Below are positions 26,053 through 37,122 of a stretch of DNA of 64,000 nt, in pieces. Numbering within the stretch: the first letter of the stretch is position 1; every line of letters begins with the position of its first letter. This stretch comes from an uncultured delta proteobacterium. Lineage in GTDB: Bacteria; Desulfobacterota; Binatia; Binatales; Binataceae. Made by a program: the position numbers and the translations under genes. Below the pieces are notes generated by a model that did not search any database, was not told where the DNA came from, and saw nothing but the letters and a program-made list of their open reading frames with translations. The DNA lies in contig CAVRVY010000003.1 in the NCBI GenBank assembly GCA_963724765.1, forward strand, positions 928,001 through 992,000, written 5' to 3'.

Positions 26053-26919
26053 CTAGCGGAGACAGGCGCGCGCCAGATCTTCCAACTCGCGCTCGTACTT
26101 GTCCGGCGCCAGCGTGGGCGCGGCGACCAGCACACGATGCGCTCCGGCCTCCTGGTATTCCTTGATCGCGCGGGCCACTTCGGGCGGCTTCTCCAGCATC
26201 AGGAAAGTGATTTCAATCTTGCTGAAGTCGCGCCCGGCTTGTACGCACATCGTTCGCAGGTTCCCAAGCTCGGTGGACAATTGCGCGGGCTTCAGCCCTA
26301 GCGGCATCCATCCGTCGCCGATCGCGACCGTATTCTTGAGCGCGCGCTCGCAGCCCACGCCCATCCCGCCGGCGCCGATAATGATCGGAGGATTAGGCTT
26401 CTGCACCGGCTTGGGAAAAAACCTGACCTTGGGAAAGCTGACGAACTTGCCCTCGAAGCTCGGCTCGGGCTTGGTCCACAGCTCTTTCATCGCGGCGATG
26501 TACTCGCGGGTCATCGGCCAGCGCCGCTTGAAGTCCACGCCCATGATCTCCGACTCGTCGGCGAGCCATCCCGCGCCGATCCCGAACATAAAGCGCCCGC
26601 CCGAGAAGTGATCGAGCGTCGAGATCTCCTTGGCCATCACGATCGGGTCGCGCTCCGGCACCAGGCAGATGCCGGTGGCGAGCTTCAAGTGCGTGGTCGT
26701 CCCGGCCGCGAGCGCCAGCGCGATAAACGGGTCGGGCATGTGCGCGTAGACCTCCGGGATGCTGCCGTCACCCATCGGGTAGCGCGTCCGGTGATGCACC
26801 GGGATTATCGGATGCTCGGGGATGAAGATCGAGTCGAAGCCGAGCGCCTCGGCCTTGCGAGCGATATTCGCGGGGTTGGCGGTGTTCTCGGTCACGAATG
26901 CCTGCAAGCCTATCTTCAT
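26053..26919 (-). CDS. LLM-class F420-dependent oxidoreductase
   Basis: AEALGFDS..IPEH, DPF, LATGICLVPERDP, GIGAGW, PKPVQKP. Confidence 0.92.
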   Translation of the reverse strand: MKIGLQAFVTENTANPANIARKAEALGFDSIFIPEHPIIPVHHRTRYPMGDGSIPEVYAHMPDPFIALALAAGTTTHLKLATGICLVPERDPIVMAKEISTLDHFSGGRFMFGIGAGWLADESEIMGVDFKRRWPMTREYIAAMKELWTKPEPSFEGKFVSFPKVRFFPKPVQKPNPPIIIGAGGMGVGCERALKNTVAIGDGWMPLGLKPAQLSTELGNLRTMCVQAGRDFSKIEITFLMLEKPPEVARAIKEYQEAGAHRVLVAAPTLAPDKYERELEDLARACLR

Positions 26920-27054
26920 ATGCGGCTCCTTGTCGCGTGAAGGTCGGATCGCGAGTTATCGCGCAAAGCGCCGCGAATGCCAAGAGCTGGCGAATCTGGT
27001 AAGCCCTGGCGGTCCCGGCGCGGCGGGCGCGCGTCACCTATGAGCGCGCGCTAT

Positions 27055-28308
27055 CTAGTCGATTGCGAGGCTGGCGAAGGAGACCAGGGAATCGGTTTGC
27101 GGTTCGAGCGCGATGTCATAGTGCAACAGGCGCGCGCGCCGGCCGCTTAGTAGTTCGAGCTGCGTGTACATCGGAGCCAGCCCGCAAATCTTACGCTGGT
27201 CGCCTTCGCGCGCGATGTCGGCGAAGAAACCGCCCGGATCGCCGGCCTTGATAGTTTCGATGAGCGCCAAATCCTCGCACCGCACGCGAGCGGTAAGATC
27301 GTCGTCGAGGCCGAAGGAGTCGCCGAATTTGCGGCCGACGTGGGCGAAATCGACACCGGCCAAGATCAGTACGCGGCGACGCTCGGCGGCGAGCTCCTCG
27401 CGCAGCGCCTCGAGCAAGCGCGCCACGCGCGGATTGCTCGCCGGACTCTCGCCCTCGCGCACCATCTGATGAAACGAGCTGACCAGGATCGGCGCCACCT
27501 GGTAGCCCTGCACACCCAGCGCCCAGGCCAGAAAGAGCGCCTGGAACTCGATCGAATGTTCATTGCGATGGAGCATCTCGTCGGCGAAGAGGTCGCCGCC
27601 GCGCGAGCCGGCGTAGCGCGCCGCAAGCCGTTCGACGAAGCCGCGATCGGTCGACACCGCGCCGAGCGGGGTCAGGTAATCTTTGCGCGTCGCGCTGAAC
27701 AGCTCCGGCCCGGCGCCGTAATGCGAGGTGCCGAGGATGACGATCAGCTCGGGACGCTGGTGCCGGCGCAGCTCGTTATATGCCCACGCGTAGGCCGCGG
27801 CGCCGCGGCGCGGGTCGATGTGCGGCGCGATGAGTCCGGCGAGAGTTCCGGCTGCCGTTGACGGTGCCGGCGCCGCCAGCGCGGCTCGTCCGGGCGCGTT
27901 GGGGCGCTCGAAGAACGACTCTATCTCGGCGCGCAGCCGTGACGGCTCGGTCTCGTAGCAGAGTCCCGCCAGCGCCGCCGCGCGGGCCGGACTTTGGCCG
28001 AACTCCTCGCGCACGCTACGCACCCGCTCGGCAAAGGATGGCGAATCGAGAAAATAGGCGCGGTCCAGTGCGGTGACCAGCTCGCGGATTTTCTCGGACG
28101 GGATGACCTCGCCGAAGCGATGACTGAACGCGGCCTGCAAATCGAGCGTCGAGTTGGTCCCGTCGAACAGGGTCACCAGGAAATAGGCGCCCATCCCGAG
28201 CATGATCGGCTCAGGTGCGAATCCCGACGGATCGCGCAGACAGATCAGCGTCTGTTCCTGCTGTTCCATCGGAAAGGCTTCGACCGCGCGAATTATCGGC
28301 TTGTCCAT
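27055..28308 (-). CDS. AmmeMemoRadiSam system protein B (MEMO1 family)
   Basis: IAPHID, LGTSH, EHSIEFQ, DFAHVG, ICG. Confidence 0.9.
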   Translation of the reverse strand: MDKPIIRAVEAFPMEQQEQTLICLRDPSGFAPEPIMLGMGAYFLVTLFDGTNSTLDLQAAFSHRFGEVIPSEKIRELVTALDRAYFLDSPSFAERVRSVREEFGQSPARAAALAGLCYETEPSRLRAEIESFFERPNAPGRAALAAPAPSTAAGTLAGLIAPHIDPRRGAAAYAWAYNELRRHQRPELIVILGTSHYGAGPELFSATRKDYLTPLGAVSTDRGFVERLAARYAGSRGGDLFADEMLHRNEHSIEFQALFLAWALGVQGYQVAPILVSSFHQMVREGESPASNPRVARLLEALREELAAERRRVLILAGVDFAHVGRKFGDSFGLDDDLTARVRCEDLALIETIKAGDPGGFFADIAREGDQRKICGLAPMYTQLELLSGRRARLLHYDIALEPQTDSLVSFASLAID

Positions 28309-28452
28309 CTATGTGCGCTCCCGATATGCGCCCCCGCGATTAGCTCACGAGCTTCTTTTTTTACCACGGCGAACGGCGCGGCTTTTATCAGATATTATAA
28401 TGATCGGCGCATGTGCGGATGGAAAGGCCAGCGCTGCAGGCGGGATTGAACG

Positions 28453-28893
28453 ATGGCCCGTAGCAACAACCGTGACAACAGCCTTAAAGGCAAGCCGGGC
28501 GCGCGCACACGGCGCGACGTAAAGCGCGGCCAGGTGCGCTACCGCGTATGCCAGACGGCGGTGCTCGCGGCCGGCGAGTCGATAAAATTCATGCTGCCGG
28601 TGCGCGGCGCGGACGAGGAATGCTTCGTGGTCAATTTCCACGGCCATTACCACGCCTACGTCAACCGCTGCCGCCACGTGCCGATGGCAATGGACTGGAT
28701 TGACAACCAGTTCTTCGCCGAGCAGGGGCGTTACCTGATGTGCCAGACGCACAACGCCTACTTCGAGCCGGCGAGCGGCGAATGTATCGCCGGCCCAGCC
28801 AGCGCCTGCGGTAAGTTTCTTTACCGCGTACCGCTCGAGATCGACGACGGCGTCATCTACGCGCGCCCGCCCGAGCAGGAGTTCGACGATTAG
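28453..28893 (+). CDS. Rieske (2Fe-2S) protein
   Basis: CRH...CQTH. Confidence 0.88.
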   Translation: MARSNNRDNSLKGKPGARTRRDVKRGQVRYRVCQTAVLAAGESIKFMLPVRGADEECFVVNFHGHYHAYVNRCRHVPMAMDWIDNQFFAEQGRYLMCQTHNAYFEPASGECIAGPASACGKFLYRVPLEIDDGVIYARPPEQEFDD

Positions 28894-29039
28894 ACGCCGC
28901 GATGGAGATTCGCGTGCAGCGCACGCGAGGCAAAAAGCGGCCCGGTATCTTTTGCCGCAAGGTCTGACGGTTGCACTGGATTAAGCGTTTTTGATAAGAG
29001 CAAGCGAAACTGCCGCTTGAACAGTAGAGGATAACGGAC

Positions 29040-29369
29040 ATGAAATCCTGGAAGTTAGCGATGCTGGGCATGGCAGGCGCTTGCGTCACGAGTATCTATT
29101 CGGCCCCCGCCTTCGCGCAAGCGGGTATGACTGCCCCGCCACCGGCAGTGCATAAGTTCCGCCGAGAAGATGTATTTGCCACTATGAACAAGGTCTCGCA
29201 GGACGTGTGGCGCGCGAAGTACTCCGGCGCCAGCGCGCAGCACATGCAGGAACTCTTTCTCGACGGCCAGCGCGCCTACTTCAAAGGCGACTATGACTCC
29301 GCGATGGGCGATTTTATGGCCGCCGAGAAAATCTACAAGAAGTATCCGAACACGGTAACGCCGGATTAG
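29040..29369 (+). CDS. Secreted hypothetical protein
   Basis: Signal peptide ending AFA; RBS GAGG. Confidence 0.65.
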   Translation: MKSWKLAMLGMAGACVTSIYSAPAFAQAGMTAPPPAVHKFRREDVFATMNKVSQDVWRAKYSGASAQHMQELFLDGQRAYFKGDYDSAMGDFMAAEKIYKKYPNTVTPD

Positions 29370-29500
29370 TCCACCGGCGCGCCCTCATCGCGCCCCGCAA
29401 CCGGGTTCTTGAGCGCGACGCGCGTCCTGCTGCATCGAAACAGCGCGACGCACGTGGTTTTTTTGGGATAGCGAATCGGGAAGAGGAACGCGCGCGGCGC

Positions 29501-29752
29501 TCACTCGTATTCGTCGCCGAAATGCGCGCGCACGATGCGCGCCTTCAGGTATTCCAGCGTGCCCAGGTCCTCGACGATGTCGCCGCCGGTGTCGTAGAAG
29601 AACAACTCGCCGTTCTTGGTGCGCCCAACCGCAATAATCCATTCGAGTTCATCGCGATCCTCGAGCAGATAGTTGATGGTTTGAGCGACGCCGCGGCCCG
29701 GGATGATGGTAATTTTCGGGCGCGGCGGCTTTTCCTTTTCCTGCTTGGGCAT
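29501..29752 (-). CDS. Small hypothetical protein
   Basis: Globular composition with GC3-biased codons. Confidence 0.6.
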   Translation of the reverse strand: MPKQEKEKPPRPKITIIPGRGVAQTINYLLEDRDELEWIIAVGRTKNGELFFYDTGGDIVEDLGTLEYLKARIVRAHFGDEYE

Positions 29753-29803
29753 CTTTTGCTGACCCTCTGCCGGGCGGGAAAATAGCCGGGTCGACAACCC
29801 AGA

Positions 29804-31066
29804 TTAGGAACGGGTCGCCGCCGAAGTCAATACCGCATGCGCTACGACTTCCGCATGATGCGTGTTGGGAAAAAAATCGAACGCGCGCAACGCCGCGATT
29901 CGGTAGCCGCCGCCGCATAGCGCGCGCAGGTCGCGCGCCAGCGTCGCCACGTCGCACGAGACATAGATCACCCGCGCCGCACGCATGCGCAACAGCGGCT
30001 CGATGAGCTCGCGCGCGCCGCTGCGCGGCGGATCCATGATCACGACGTCGGGCCGGTAATGCGCGCGCAAGAGAAACCGCGCCAGCTCTGCCGCCTCCAT
30101 CGCGGTGAACTCCGCCCGCTTTAGCCCCAGCCGCGCCGCGTTGCGCGCCGCCGCCGTCACCGCCAGCGCTTCGGCGTCGACTCCCATAACTTCCGCACCG
30201 CGCCGCGCCGCGGGCAAGCTGAAATTGCCCGCGCCGCAGAACAGGTCGAGCACGCGCGCCTCCGCGTTCGCCCCCGCCATCTCCATTACGGTGGCGACCA
30301 GCTTCAGGTTCTGCGCGCGATTGACCTGGCTGAAAAGGTCGGCATCGACTTCGAGTTCGAGCCCGGGCTCCAACGCGACCGCGATCGAAACCTCGCCAAT
30401 AACCTCGCGCGCGCCCCCCGCGCGCAGCACTGCGCCGGCAAGCCGCGCGTCGCCCTCGACCAGCCGGCGCGCGCGCCCGAGCACGGCGGCGCCGGGCGCC
30501 CGCGCCAGGTGCGCAACCAGCACTTCGCGGCCGCGATCGGCGACGACCTCGATCTCCTCGCACTCGACTTCGGCCGCGAACTCACGCGGCATCCGGATTT
30601 CCGCGGCCGCCACCGAGCAGTGCTCGATTTCGACCAGCCGGCGGCTGTCCGCTTCATAAAATCCCAGCCGCCCGCCGCGGCCGGTCTTGAACCTGATCCG
30701 CGCACGGTAGCCGAATTCGGCCGGCGCCGGCTCGATCAGGTTTGCAGCATCCAATTCCAGGCCCAGCGCGCGATTGAGCGTCGCCGCGATGACCTCCGCT
30801 TTGAACCGCACCTGCTCGGAGTAGGCGATTTGCTGCCAGTCGCATCCGCCGCAGCGTGGCAGGTACGGACACGGCGGCGTGCGGCGCGCGGCCCCCGCCT
30901 TGAGCACTCCCTGGGCGCGCGCAACAAGATAGCCGGCGCGCTCGTGGACGACCGTGACCTCGAGCAAATCGCCGGGCGCCGCGTTGGGCACCATCACGGC
31001 CTTGCCGTCGAGCCGTCCGACCCCGAACGGCCCGAATGTCATCGCGGTAATCTCGACCTGTGCCAT
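29804..31066 (-). CDS. rlmD: 23S rRNA m5U methyltransferase (TRAM domain)
   Basis: CPY..CGGC, FSQVN, DLFCGAGNF, DPPRSG, YVSC, DFFPNTHH. Confidence 0.88.
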   Translation of the reverse strand: MAQVEITAMTFGPFGVGRLDGKAVMVPNAAPGDLLEVTVVHERAGYLVARAQGVLKAGAARRTPPCPYLPRCGGCDWQQIAYSEQVRFKAEVIAATLNRALGLELDAANLIEPAPAEFGYRARIRFKTGRGGRLGFYEADSRRLVEIEHCSVAAAEIRMPREFAAEVECEEIEVVADRGREVLVAHLARAPGAAVLGRARRLVEGDARLAGAVLRAGGAREVIGEVSIAVALEPGLELEVDADLFSQVNRAQNLKLVATVMEMAGANAEARVLDLFCGAGNFSLPAARRGAEVMGVDAEALAVTAAARNAARLGLKRAEFTAMEAAELARFLLRAHYRPDVVIMDPPRSGARELIEPLLRMRAARVIYVSCDVATLARDLRALCGGGYRIAALRAFDFFPNTHHAEVVAHAVLTSAATRS

Positions 31067-31236
31067 CGATACGGAGAACGCACGCGGGTGCGCCTTCAAG
31101 CTTATCGGATAAGCCGGGACATTGCCGGATTGGAAGATATCCGCAGCCGGTGCGCTGGAGTAGCCGCGCACGCGCGGCGCAACTTATAATCCCTGGACGG
31201 GGGACCGTCCCGGCCCCTGCAATCTGAATTTTCCGG

Positions 31237-34200
31237 GTGACAGCGTTGGCCAGCGAAGCACAACCGCATACGACCGTCTCGAATGACACGCGCGAATACG
31301 CGCGACGGCTCGAAATTTTCGCCACCCGCCTGTTCGGCGGGCTCGCGCCCGAGCTCGCGGCGCGCGTGTCCGCTGAGCGGCGCGCGCACCTCAGCGCCGA
31401 GGCGCTGAAGTTTTTCTCGTTGCGCGCCGAGCCGATTAAGATCCGCGTCGTAATCGCAGCGCCAGGCGAAGGGGGCGGCTCCTTCGCCGAAACGGTGATG
31501 CAGGACTGCCCGTTCATCATCGACAGCATGCTCGAGTACTTTCACCACCTCGGCATCGGCGCCGGTCTGCTACTGCATCCGGTGCTCCTCGCTGAACGCG
31601 ACGCCGCCGGCCGTCTGATCTCGCTCGAACGCGTCAGGGCTACCGAACAACCCGAATCTTTCGTCCATCTCGAACTGCGCCTGAACGGAGGCACGCATGA
31701 CCCCGAGCGTATCGCCGAAGGGCTCAAGGACGTGCTCGCGCAGGTGCGATCGGCAACCGGCGATTTCGCAGCGATGAGCGCGCGAGCGCTGGAGATTTGC
31801 GAGGAGACTGCGGCGCAGCGCGAGCTGGTCGAGGTGCGCGATCTGTTGCGATGGCTGGTCGGCGGCGGTTTTGTCTTTCTTGGCTATCGGCGCTATCGGG
31901 TCGGCGAAGCCGGCGGCCATCGCACGCTCGAGGCTGATTTGGACTCGGAACTCGGCCTGCTACGCGACTTCAGCCGCTCGCGTTACGCGCAGCCGGTGGA
32001 TCTCAAGGCCCTTGAACCCGCCCATCAGAAAATCCTGTTCGAAGGCGCGGCGCTAATCATGGGTAAGACCCATACCATGTCGCAGGTTCATCGCCGCGGC
32101 CTGCTGGACGACGTAACCATCCGGCGCACCGGCCCCGACGGGAGCGTGGCGGCCTTCGACCGCTTCGTCGGCCTGTTCACTTCCAAGGCCTACTCCGAGG
32201 AGGCGCAGCATATCCCGGTGTTGCGCGCCAAGCTGCGCGAAGTGCTCGAGGCCGAACAGGCCACGCCCGGCTCGCACAATTACAAGGAGCTGGTGACGGC
32301 GTTCAACAGCTTTCCCAAGGAGGAGCTGTTCCGCGCCCCGGTCGGCGAGCTGCGCGAGCAGCTCCATATCATCCTGGATCACAAGGACGAGGCCATAGTG
32401 CGCGTGAGTGCGCACTACGATCCGATGCGCAACAACGTTGTCACGCTGGTGGTCCTGCCGCGTGAGAGTTTCTCGGCCGAGGTGCGCAAGCAGATCCAGG
32501 TGGCGCTCGGCCGTATCCTCGACGGCGAGCTGGTTTACTACTACCTCGCGATGGGCGAGGGCTACCGGGCGCGGATGCACTTCTGCTTCGATGCCGCGCC
32601 GCCCTCGGCCGCGCAGTTGCGCGCGATGGAGACCGAGGTCTCGCAGCTCGCCCGCACGTGGGAGGATCGGCTGCTCGAGGAACTGATCGAGCGCTTCGGC
32701 GAGCGCCGCGGGCAGGCGCTGGCGCAGCGCTGGCTGGGCTCTTTCAGTCTGCATTACAAGGCTAGCACCGCGGTCGCCCGGGCGGCGAGCGACATCGAGC
32801 GAATCGAAAGCCTGCTCGAAGGCGGCCAGAGCTTCAACGTCGAGTTGGCGGGCCAGGGCGGCGGCGCGGCGGCAGCGGCCAGCGAGCTGCGGATGTTCGA
32901 AGTCGGCGAGCCGCTACGGCTCTCCGACCTGATGCCGATGCTATCGAACTTCGGCATCACCGTTATCTCGGAAGAGGCCGACGAGCTGCGTATCGACTCC
33001 GCCGGCGCTGACGTGCGCGCTTTCGTTCAATCGTTTCGCGTGCAGGACGCCCACGGCGCGGCGCTGGAGGGCATGAGCGGCGCGGCGATGGTCGCCGAGG
33101 CGCTGACCGCGGTACGCGACGGGCGCAACGAGGACGGCCCGCTCAACGCGCTGGTGCTAGAGGTTGGCCTCGGCTGGCGCGAAATCGCGCTGTTGCGCGC
33201 TTACGTAGCGGCGGCCTTCCAGATGCGGCTTGCGCCGGCGCTCCCGGCGTTGCGCCGCGTGCTGCTGGTCAATCCGAAACTCGCGCGGATGCTGGTCGAG
33301 ATATTCCGGCTGCGGATGGATCCGGCGGGGCCCGGAAGCGGCGACGCGCGCTACGCCGCGTTGCGCGCGTCCTATCTGGAGGCGCTCGGCGCGGTCGACA
33401 ACATCGCCGACGACCGCCTGGCGCGGGCGCTATTGGGGATGGTCGAGGCGACGGTGCGGACCAATTATTTTCGCGCGCCGGCCGCGCCTTACATAACGCT
33501 CAAGTTCGAGGGTGCGCGCATCCCCAATCTGCCCGACACGCCACCGCTCTATGAATTCCACGTCGACAGCCCGACGATGCAGGGATGCCATCTGCGCGCC
33601 GGGCGTATCGCGCGCGGCGGCATCCGCTACAGCGATCGTCCGGAGGACTTCCGCACCGAAATTCTCGACCTGATGAAGACCCAGACGGTCAAGAACGCGA
33701 TCATCGTGCCGACCGGCGCCAAGGGCGGCTTCATCGTCAAGCCGCGTCTGGGCAGCACGACCACGCACGACGACGTCATCGACGCCTACAAAACGCTCAT
33801 CCGCGCGATGCTCGAATTGACCGACAACGTGGCCGGCAGAGAGACCGTGCATCCCACCGGCGTCAGGGTGCTCGACCAGGACGGCCCCTACCTGGTGGTA
33901 GCGGCAGACAAGGGCACGGCGGCGTTTTCCGATCTGGCCAACGCGATCGCGGCCGAGCACAACTTCTGGCTGGGCGACGCTTTCGCCTCGGGCGGGCGCT
34001 ACGGCTACGACCATAAGGCGCTCGGCATCACCGCGCGCGGCGCATGGGAGTCGGTCCGCTGGCACCTGCGCGAGATGGGAATCGATCTGGCGCGCAGCGC
34101 GCCGATCACGATTACCGGAATCGGCGACATGTCGGGCGACGTGTTCGGCAACGGGTTGCTGCAGTCGGACAACCTCAAGCTGATCGCCGCCTTCGACCAT

Positions 34201-36021
34201 CGCCACATCTTCATCGATCCCGACCCAGATCCGAAAAAGAGCTTCGCCGAGCGCAAGCGGCTGTTCGAGCTGCCCTCCTCGCAATGGTCCGACTACAATC
34301 CGGCGCTGATCAGTCCCGGCGGCGGCGTCTTTCGCCGCGGCGCCAAGACCATCGCGCTCAGCCCGCAAGCCCGCCGCGCGCTCTCCTGCACGGCCGAGGT
34401 GCTCGACAGCGACAGCCTCATCCAGGCCATCCTGCGCGCCGATGTGACCCTGCTCTACAACGGCGGCGTCGGCACTTACGTGCGCGGCAGCGACGAACGT
34501 GACGCCGAAGTCGGCGACCATGCCAACAACGCCTGCCGCATCGCGGCCAATGAGCTGCGCGTCAAGGCCGTGGCCGAAGGCGGCAACCTGGGCTTCACCC
34601 AGCGCGCGCGTATCGAGTACGCGATGGCGGGTGGAAGGATCAATAGCGACGCGATCGACAACTCGGCCGGCGTCGACACCTCGGACCACGAGGTCAATCT
34701 GAAGATCCTGCTGCAGCCGGCGCTGACGGGCGGGCGAATCGATTTCGATCGGCGCAACCGCGCGCTCGCGGCCGCCGCCGGCGAGGTCGCCGCGCTCGTG
34801 CTGCGCGACAACCGCGACCAGGTGGTGCTGCTGAGCCTCGAGCAGTCGCGCAGCCGCACCGAAGCCAGTGTCTTCCGCGACCACTTAAGCGCGATCGAGC
34901 AGCGCGGCGCGCTCCACCGCTACGAAGCCGCGCTGCCCAGCCACGAGGAGCTGCGCGATCGCCGCGGCCGCTTCGCCGGCCTCACCCGCCCCGAACTCTC
35001 CGTGCTCAGCGCCTACACCAAGATCGACCTCTTCCGGCAGCTCGAGACCTGCGCCTTACCCGACGATTCCTACCTGATCGAGCGCTTCCTGGTCACCTAC
35101 TTCCCGGCTTCGATCGCGCACGAGTTCGCCGCCGAGATTCCGCGTCACGGGCTGCGGCGCGAGCTCATCGTCACCCGGCTGGTCAACGAACTGGTCGACC
35201 AGATGGGCGCGAGCTTCGTCTTCCGCCTCACGCGCAGCCACGGCGCGCGCACCGAGGACACGGTCCATGCGTGGATCTTCGCCGAAGGCGTGCTTGACCT
35301 GGTCGATCAGGCCGAAGGATTGCGCGCCGGCGCCAGCGGCCAGGGCGCGCAGGCGGAGCTGGCCGCGCTGCTGGCGTTGGAAAGCGCCGCGCTGCGCGCC
35401 TGCGGATGGGCGATCGCCGGGTTGGATGCGAAGGTCTCTCTCGGCGCTGCGATCGCGCGCTACAAGCCCGGCTTCCAGAGCTTGTGCGCGGAATTCGAAA
35501 CCATGCTGGCCGACGACGAGCGCGAGCGCTTCGAGCGCAGCTATCGCGACTTGCGCTCGACCGTCTACACCGAGCAGGTCGCCCATCAGCTCGCCCGTTT
35601 GGGCTTCGCCGATCATCTGCTCAACATTCTAAGCCTGAGCTTCGCCCACGGCGCCGCGCCGGCCGAGTGCGCTCGCGCCTACTTCGCGCTAAGCGGGATA
35701 ATCGAGTTCGCCACGCTGGAGAAGGCGCTCGAGGCTATCGGCACCGACGATCGATGGGAGCGGCGGGCCGCCGAGGACCTCGGCGCCGATCTGCGCAACG
35801 CGCGCCTGGCGCTGGGCCGCGCGGTGCTGGTCAACCGCGAGGCCGTGCCCGCCGAAGCCGTGCGCGCTTTGCGCACCGGGCGCGAGCGGCTGTTCGATTC
35901 GATGGCCGAGGTGATGAACGACCTGCGCACGCTGCCCGCGGTCGGACTGCCGGTGCTGGAGGTTGCGATTCGCGCGCTGGCGCGCCTGGCCGCCGCCGTC
36001 TCGAGCGCCGGCCCGGCTTAA
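31237..36021 (+). CDS. gdhB: Large NAD-specific glutamate dehydrogenase
   Basis: ARGGIRYSDR, VKNAIIVP.GAKGGF, YLVVAADKGTA, DHKALGITARGAW, GIGDMSGDVFGNG, DNSAGVDTSDHEVNLKI. Confidence 0.95.
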   Translation: MTALASEAQPHTTVSNDTREYARRLEIFATRLFGGLAPELAARVSAERRAHLSAEALKFFSLRAEPIKIRVVIAAPGEGGGSFAETVMQDCPFIIDSMLEYFHHLGIGAGLLLHPVLLAERDAAGRLISLERVRATEQPESFVHLELRLNGGTHDPERIAEGLKDVLAQVRSATGDFAAMSARALEICEETAAQRELVEVRDLLRWLVGGGFVFLGYRRYRVGEAGGHRTLEADLDSELGLLRDFSRSRYAQPVDLKALEPAHQKILFEGAALIMGKTHTMSQVHRRGLLDDVTIRRTGPDGSVAAFDRFVGLFTSKAYSEEAQHIPVLRAKLREVLEAEQATPGSHNYKELVTAFNSFPKEELFRAPVGELREQLHIILDHKDEAIVRVSAHYDPMRNNVVTLVVLPRESFSAEVRKQIQVALGRILDGELVYYYLAMGEGYRARMHFCFDAAPPSAAQLRAMETEVSQLARTWEDRLLEELIERFGERRGQALAQRWLGSFSLHYKASTAVARAASDIERIESLLEGGQSFNVELAGQGGGAAAAASELRMFEVGEPLRLSDLMPMLSNFGITVISEEADELRIDSAGADVRAFVQSFRVQDAHGAALEGMSGAAMVAEALTAVRDGRNEDGPLNALVLEVGLGWREIALLRAYVAAAFQMRLAPALPALRRVLLVNPKLARMLVEIFRLRMDPAGPGSGDARYAALRASYLEALGAVDNIADDRLARALLGMVEATVRTNYFRAPAAPYITLKFEGARIPNLPDTPPLYEFHVDSPTMQGCHLRAGRIARGGIRYSDRPEDFRTEILDLMKTQTVKNAIIVPTGAKGGFIVKPRLGSTTTHDDVIDAYKTLIRAMLELTDNVAGRETVHPTGVRVLDQDGPYLVVAADKGTAAFSDLANAIAAEHNFWLGDAFASGGRYGYDHKALGITARGAWESVRWHLREMGIDLARSAPITITGIGDMSGDVFGNGLLQSDNLKLIAAFDHRHIFIDPDPDPKKSFAERKRLFELPSSQWSDYNPALISPGGGVFRRGAKTIALSPQARRALSCTAEVLDSDSLIQAILRADVTLLYNGGVGTYVRGSDERDAEVGDHANNACRIAANELRVKAVAEGGNLGFTQRARIEYAMAGGRINSDAIDNSAGVDTSDHEVNLKILLQPALTGGRIDFDRRNRALAAAAGEVAALVLRDNRDQVVLLSLEQSRSRTEASVFRDHLSAIEQRGALHRYEAALPSHEELRDRRGRFAGLTRPELSVLSAYTKIDLFRQLETCALPDDSYLIERFLVTYFPASIAHEFAAEIPRHGLRRELIVTRLVNELVDQMGASFVFRLTRSHGARTEDTVHAWIFAEGVLDLVDQAEGLRAGASGQGAQAELAALLALESAALRACGWAIAGLDAKVSLGAAIARYKPGFQSLCAEFETMLADDERERFERSYRDLRSTVYTEQVAHQLARLGFADHLLNILSLSFAHGAAPAECARAYFALSGIIEFATLEKALEAIGTDDRWERRAAEDLGADLRNARLALGRAVLVNREAVPAEAVRALRTGRERLFDSMAEVMNDLRTLPAVGLPVLEVAIRALARLAAAVSSAGPA

Positions 36022-36941
36022 GCGCTCACCGAAGGCAGCGGCGCCGTCGGGGGCAGCGCCGCCGCTCCCGCCATCGCGGTATGCTCGGCGGCGACCGCGC
36101 TCATGTCCTGGTATAGACGCAAGCCCGCGGCGAGCAGGAATGCGAGGGTCGTATAGAGCACAGCCACCGCAAGCAGATCGACCGTGAAAATTGAAACCCA
36201 CAGCGCGCCCGTTATCAGCCCCACCGATCCGGCCAGCAGGCTGACCGCGAAAAACGTCCCGCCAGCCCACGAGTTGAAGCCCGACCAGAAGGCCAGAAAG
36301 ACCACGATCCGCAGCGCGACGCGAAAGAAACTGCCGCGCATCAGGTCGCGACTGTACAGCAGCGCCGACCAGCCCCGGCGTCCGTCGAAAATCAGCGCGT
36401 ATTGCGAAAAATACAGCCACACGTAGGCTAGAACGCCCGGCACCACCAGCAAGACCGCTCCCACCGCGATCGCCAGCACCTGGAGCACGCTCACCCATAC
36501 GAAGGGCCCCAGCAGATGCGCCGCCTCGCGGTAGACCTCGATACCCTCATCGATCGGACGCGCCATCCGCTGTCCCGCCTGCATCCGCCTGAGCGCACAC
36601 AGGACGACCAGGTTGACGCCGACCAGCGTGATGAAGCCGTCGAGCAGATGCAGGATTGTGGTCATCCATGGAGGGAACGGCGGCTTGGGCGCGGCGCGCG
36701 TGACCGGCGCGTACGGCATCTGCACCGGTTGCACGAACGCGACGCTGGTCACGCCGGGCTCGAAGGTCCGCACCAGAGAATATTGTAGATTGAGCGCGTC
36801 GGGCAGCAGGCACAGCGCGGAGGCCAGCACCAGCGGCGCCAGCACCACGGCGACGATAATCCAGTTGCCGCGCAGGTCGTTGACCGCGTTGGCGAGATAA
36901 ATGAAGCTCGAACGGAGCCGCGCTTGCGCCATCGCGCCCAT
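36018..36941 (-). CDS. Polytopic membrane protein
   Basis: About 6 hydrophobic segments. Confidence 0.7.
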   Translation of the reverse strand: MGAMAQARLRSSFIYLANAVNDLRGNWIIVAVVLAPLVLASALCLLPDALNLQYSLVRTFEPGVTSVAFVQPVQMPYAPVTRAAPKPPFPPWMTTILHLLDGFITLVGVNLVVLCALRRMQAGQRMARPIDEGIEVYREAAHLLGPFVWVSVLQVLAIAVGAVLLVVPGVLAYVWLYFSQYALIFDGRRGWSALLYSRDLMRGSFFRVALRIVVFLAFWSGFNSWAGGTFFAVSLLAGSVGLITGALWVSIFTVDLLAVAVLYTTLAFLLAAGLRLYQDMSAVAAEHTAMAGAAALPPTAPLPSVSA

Positions 36942-37122
36942 GAGGTTGGCATCCCCCGTGAGCCAAGACAAGTAACGGCCGCCACGTAACTTCGCGCAGG
37001 TAACTTCGCGGCGCATATGCGTGCGGCAGCCGCAGGCGCTCAAAATCCCGCGCGCCGATGCTATAGTGAGCAGATGACGGGCGACTTGGCCCGTCCGCCA
37101 TTTCAACCGCTGGATAATTGCC

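Noticed and set aside
33430-34884. 484-aa minus-strand ORF
   Set aside because: Antisense shadow of NAD-glutamate dehydrogenase
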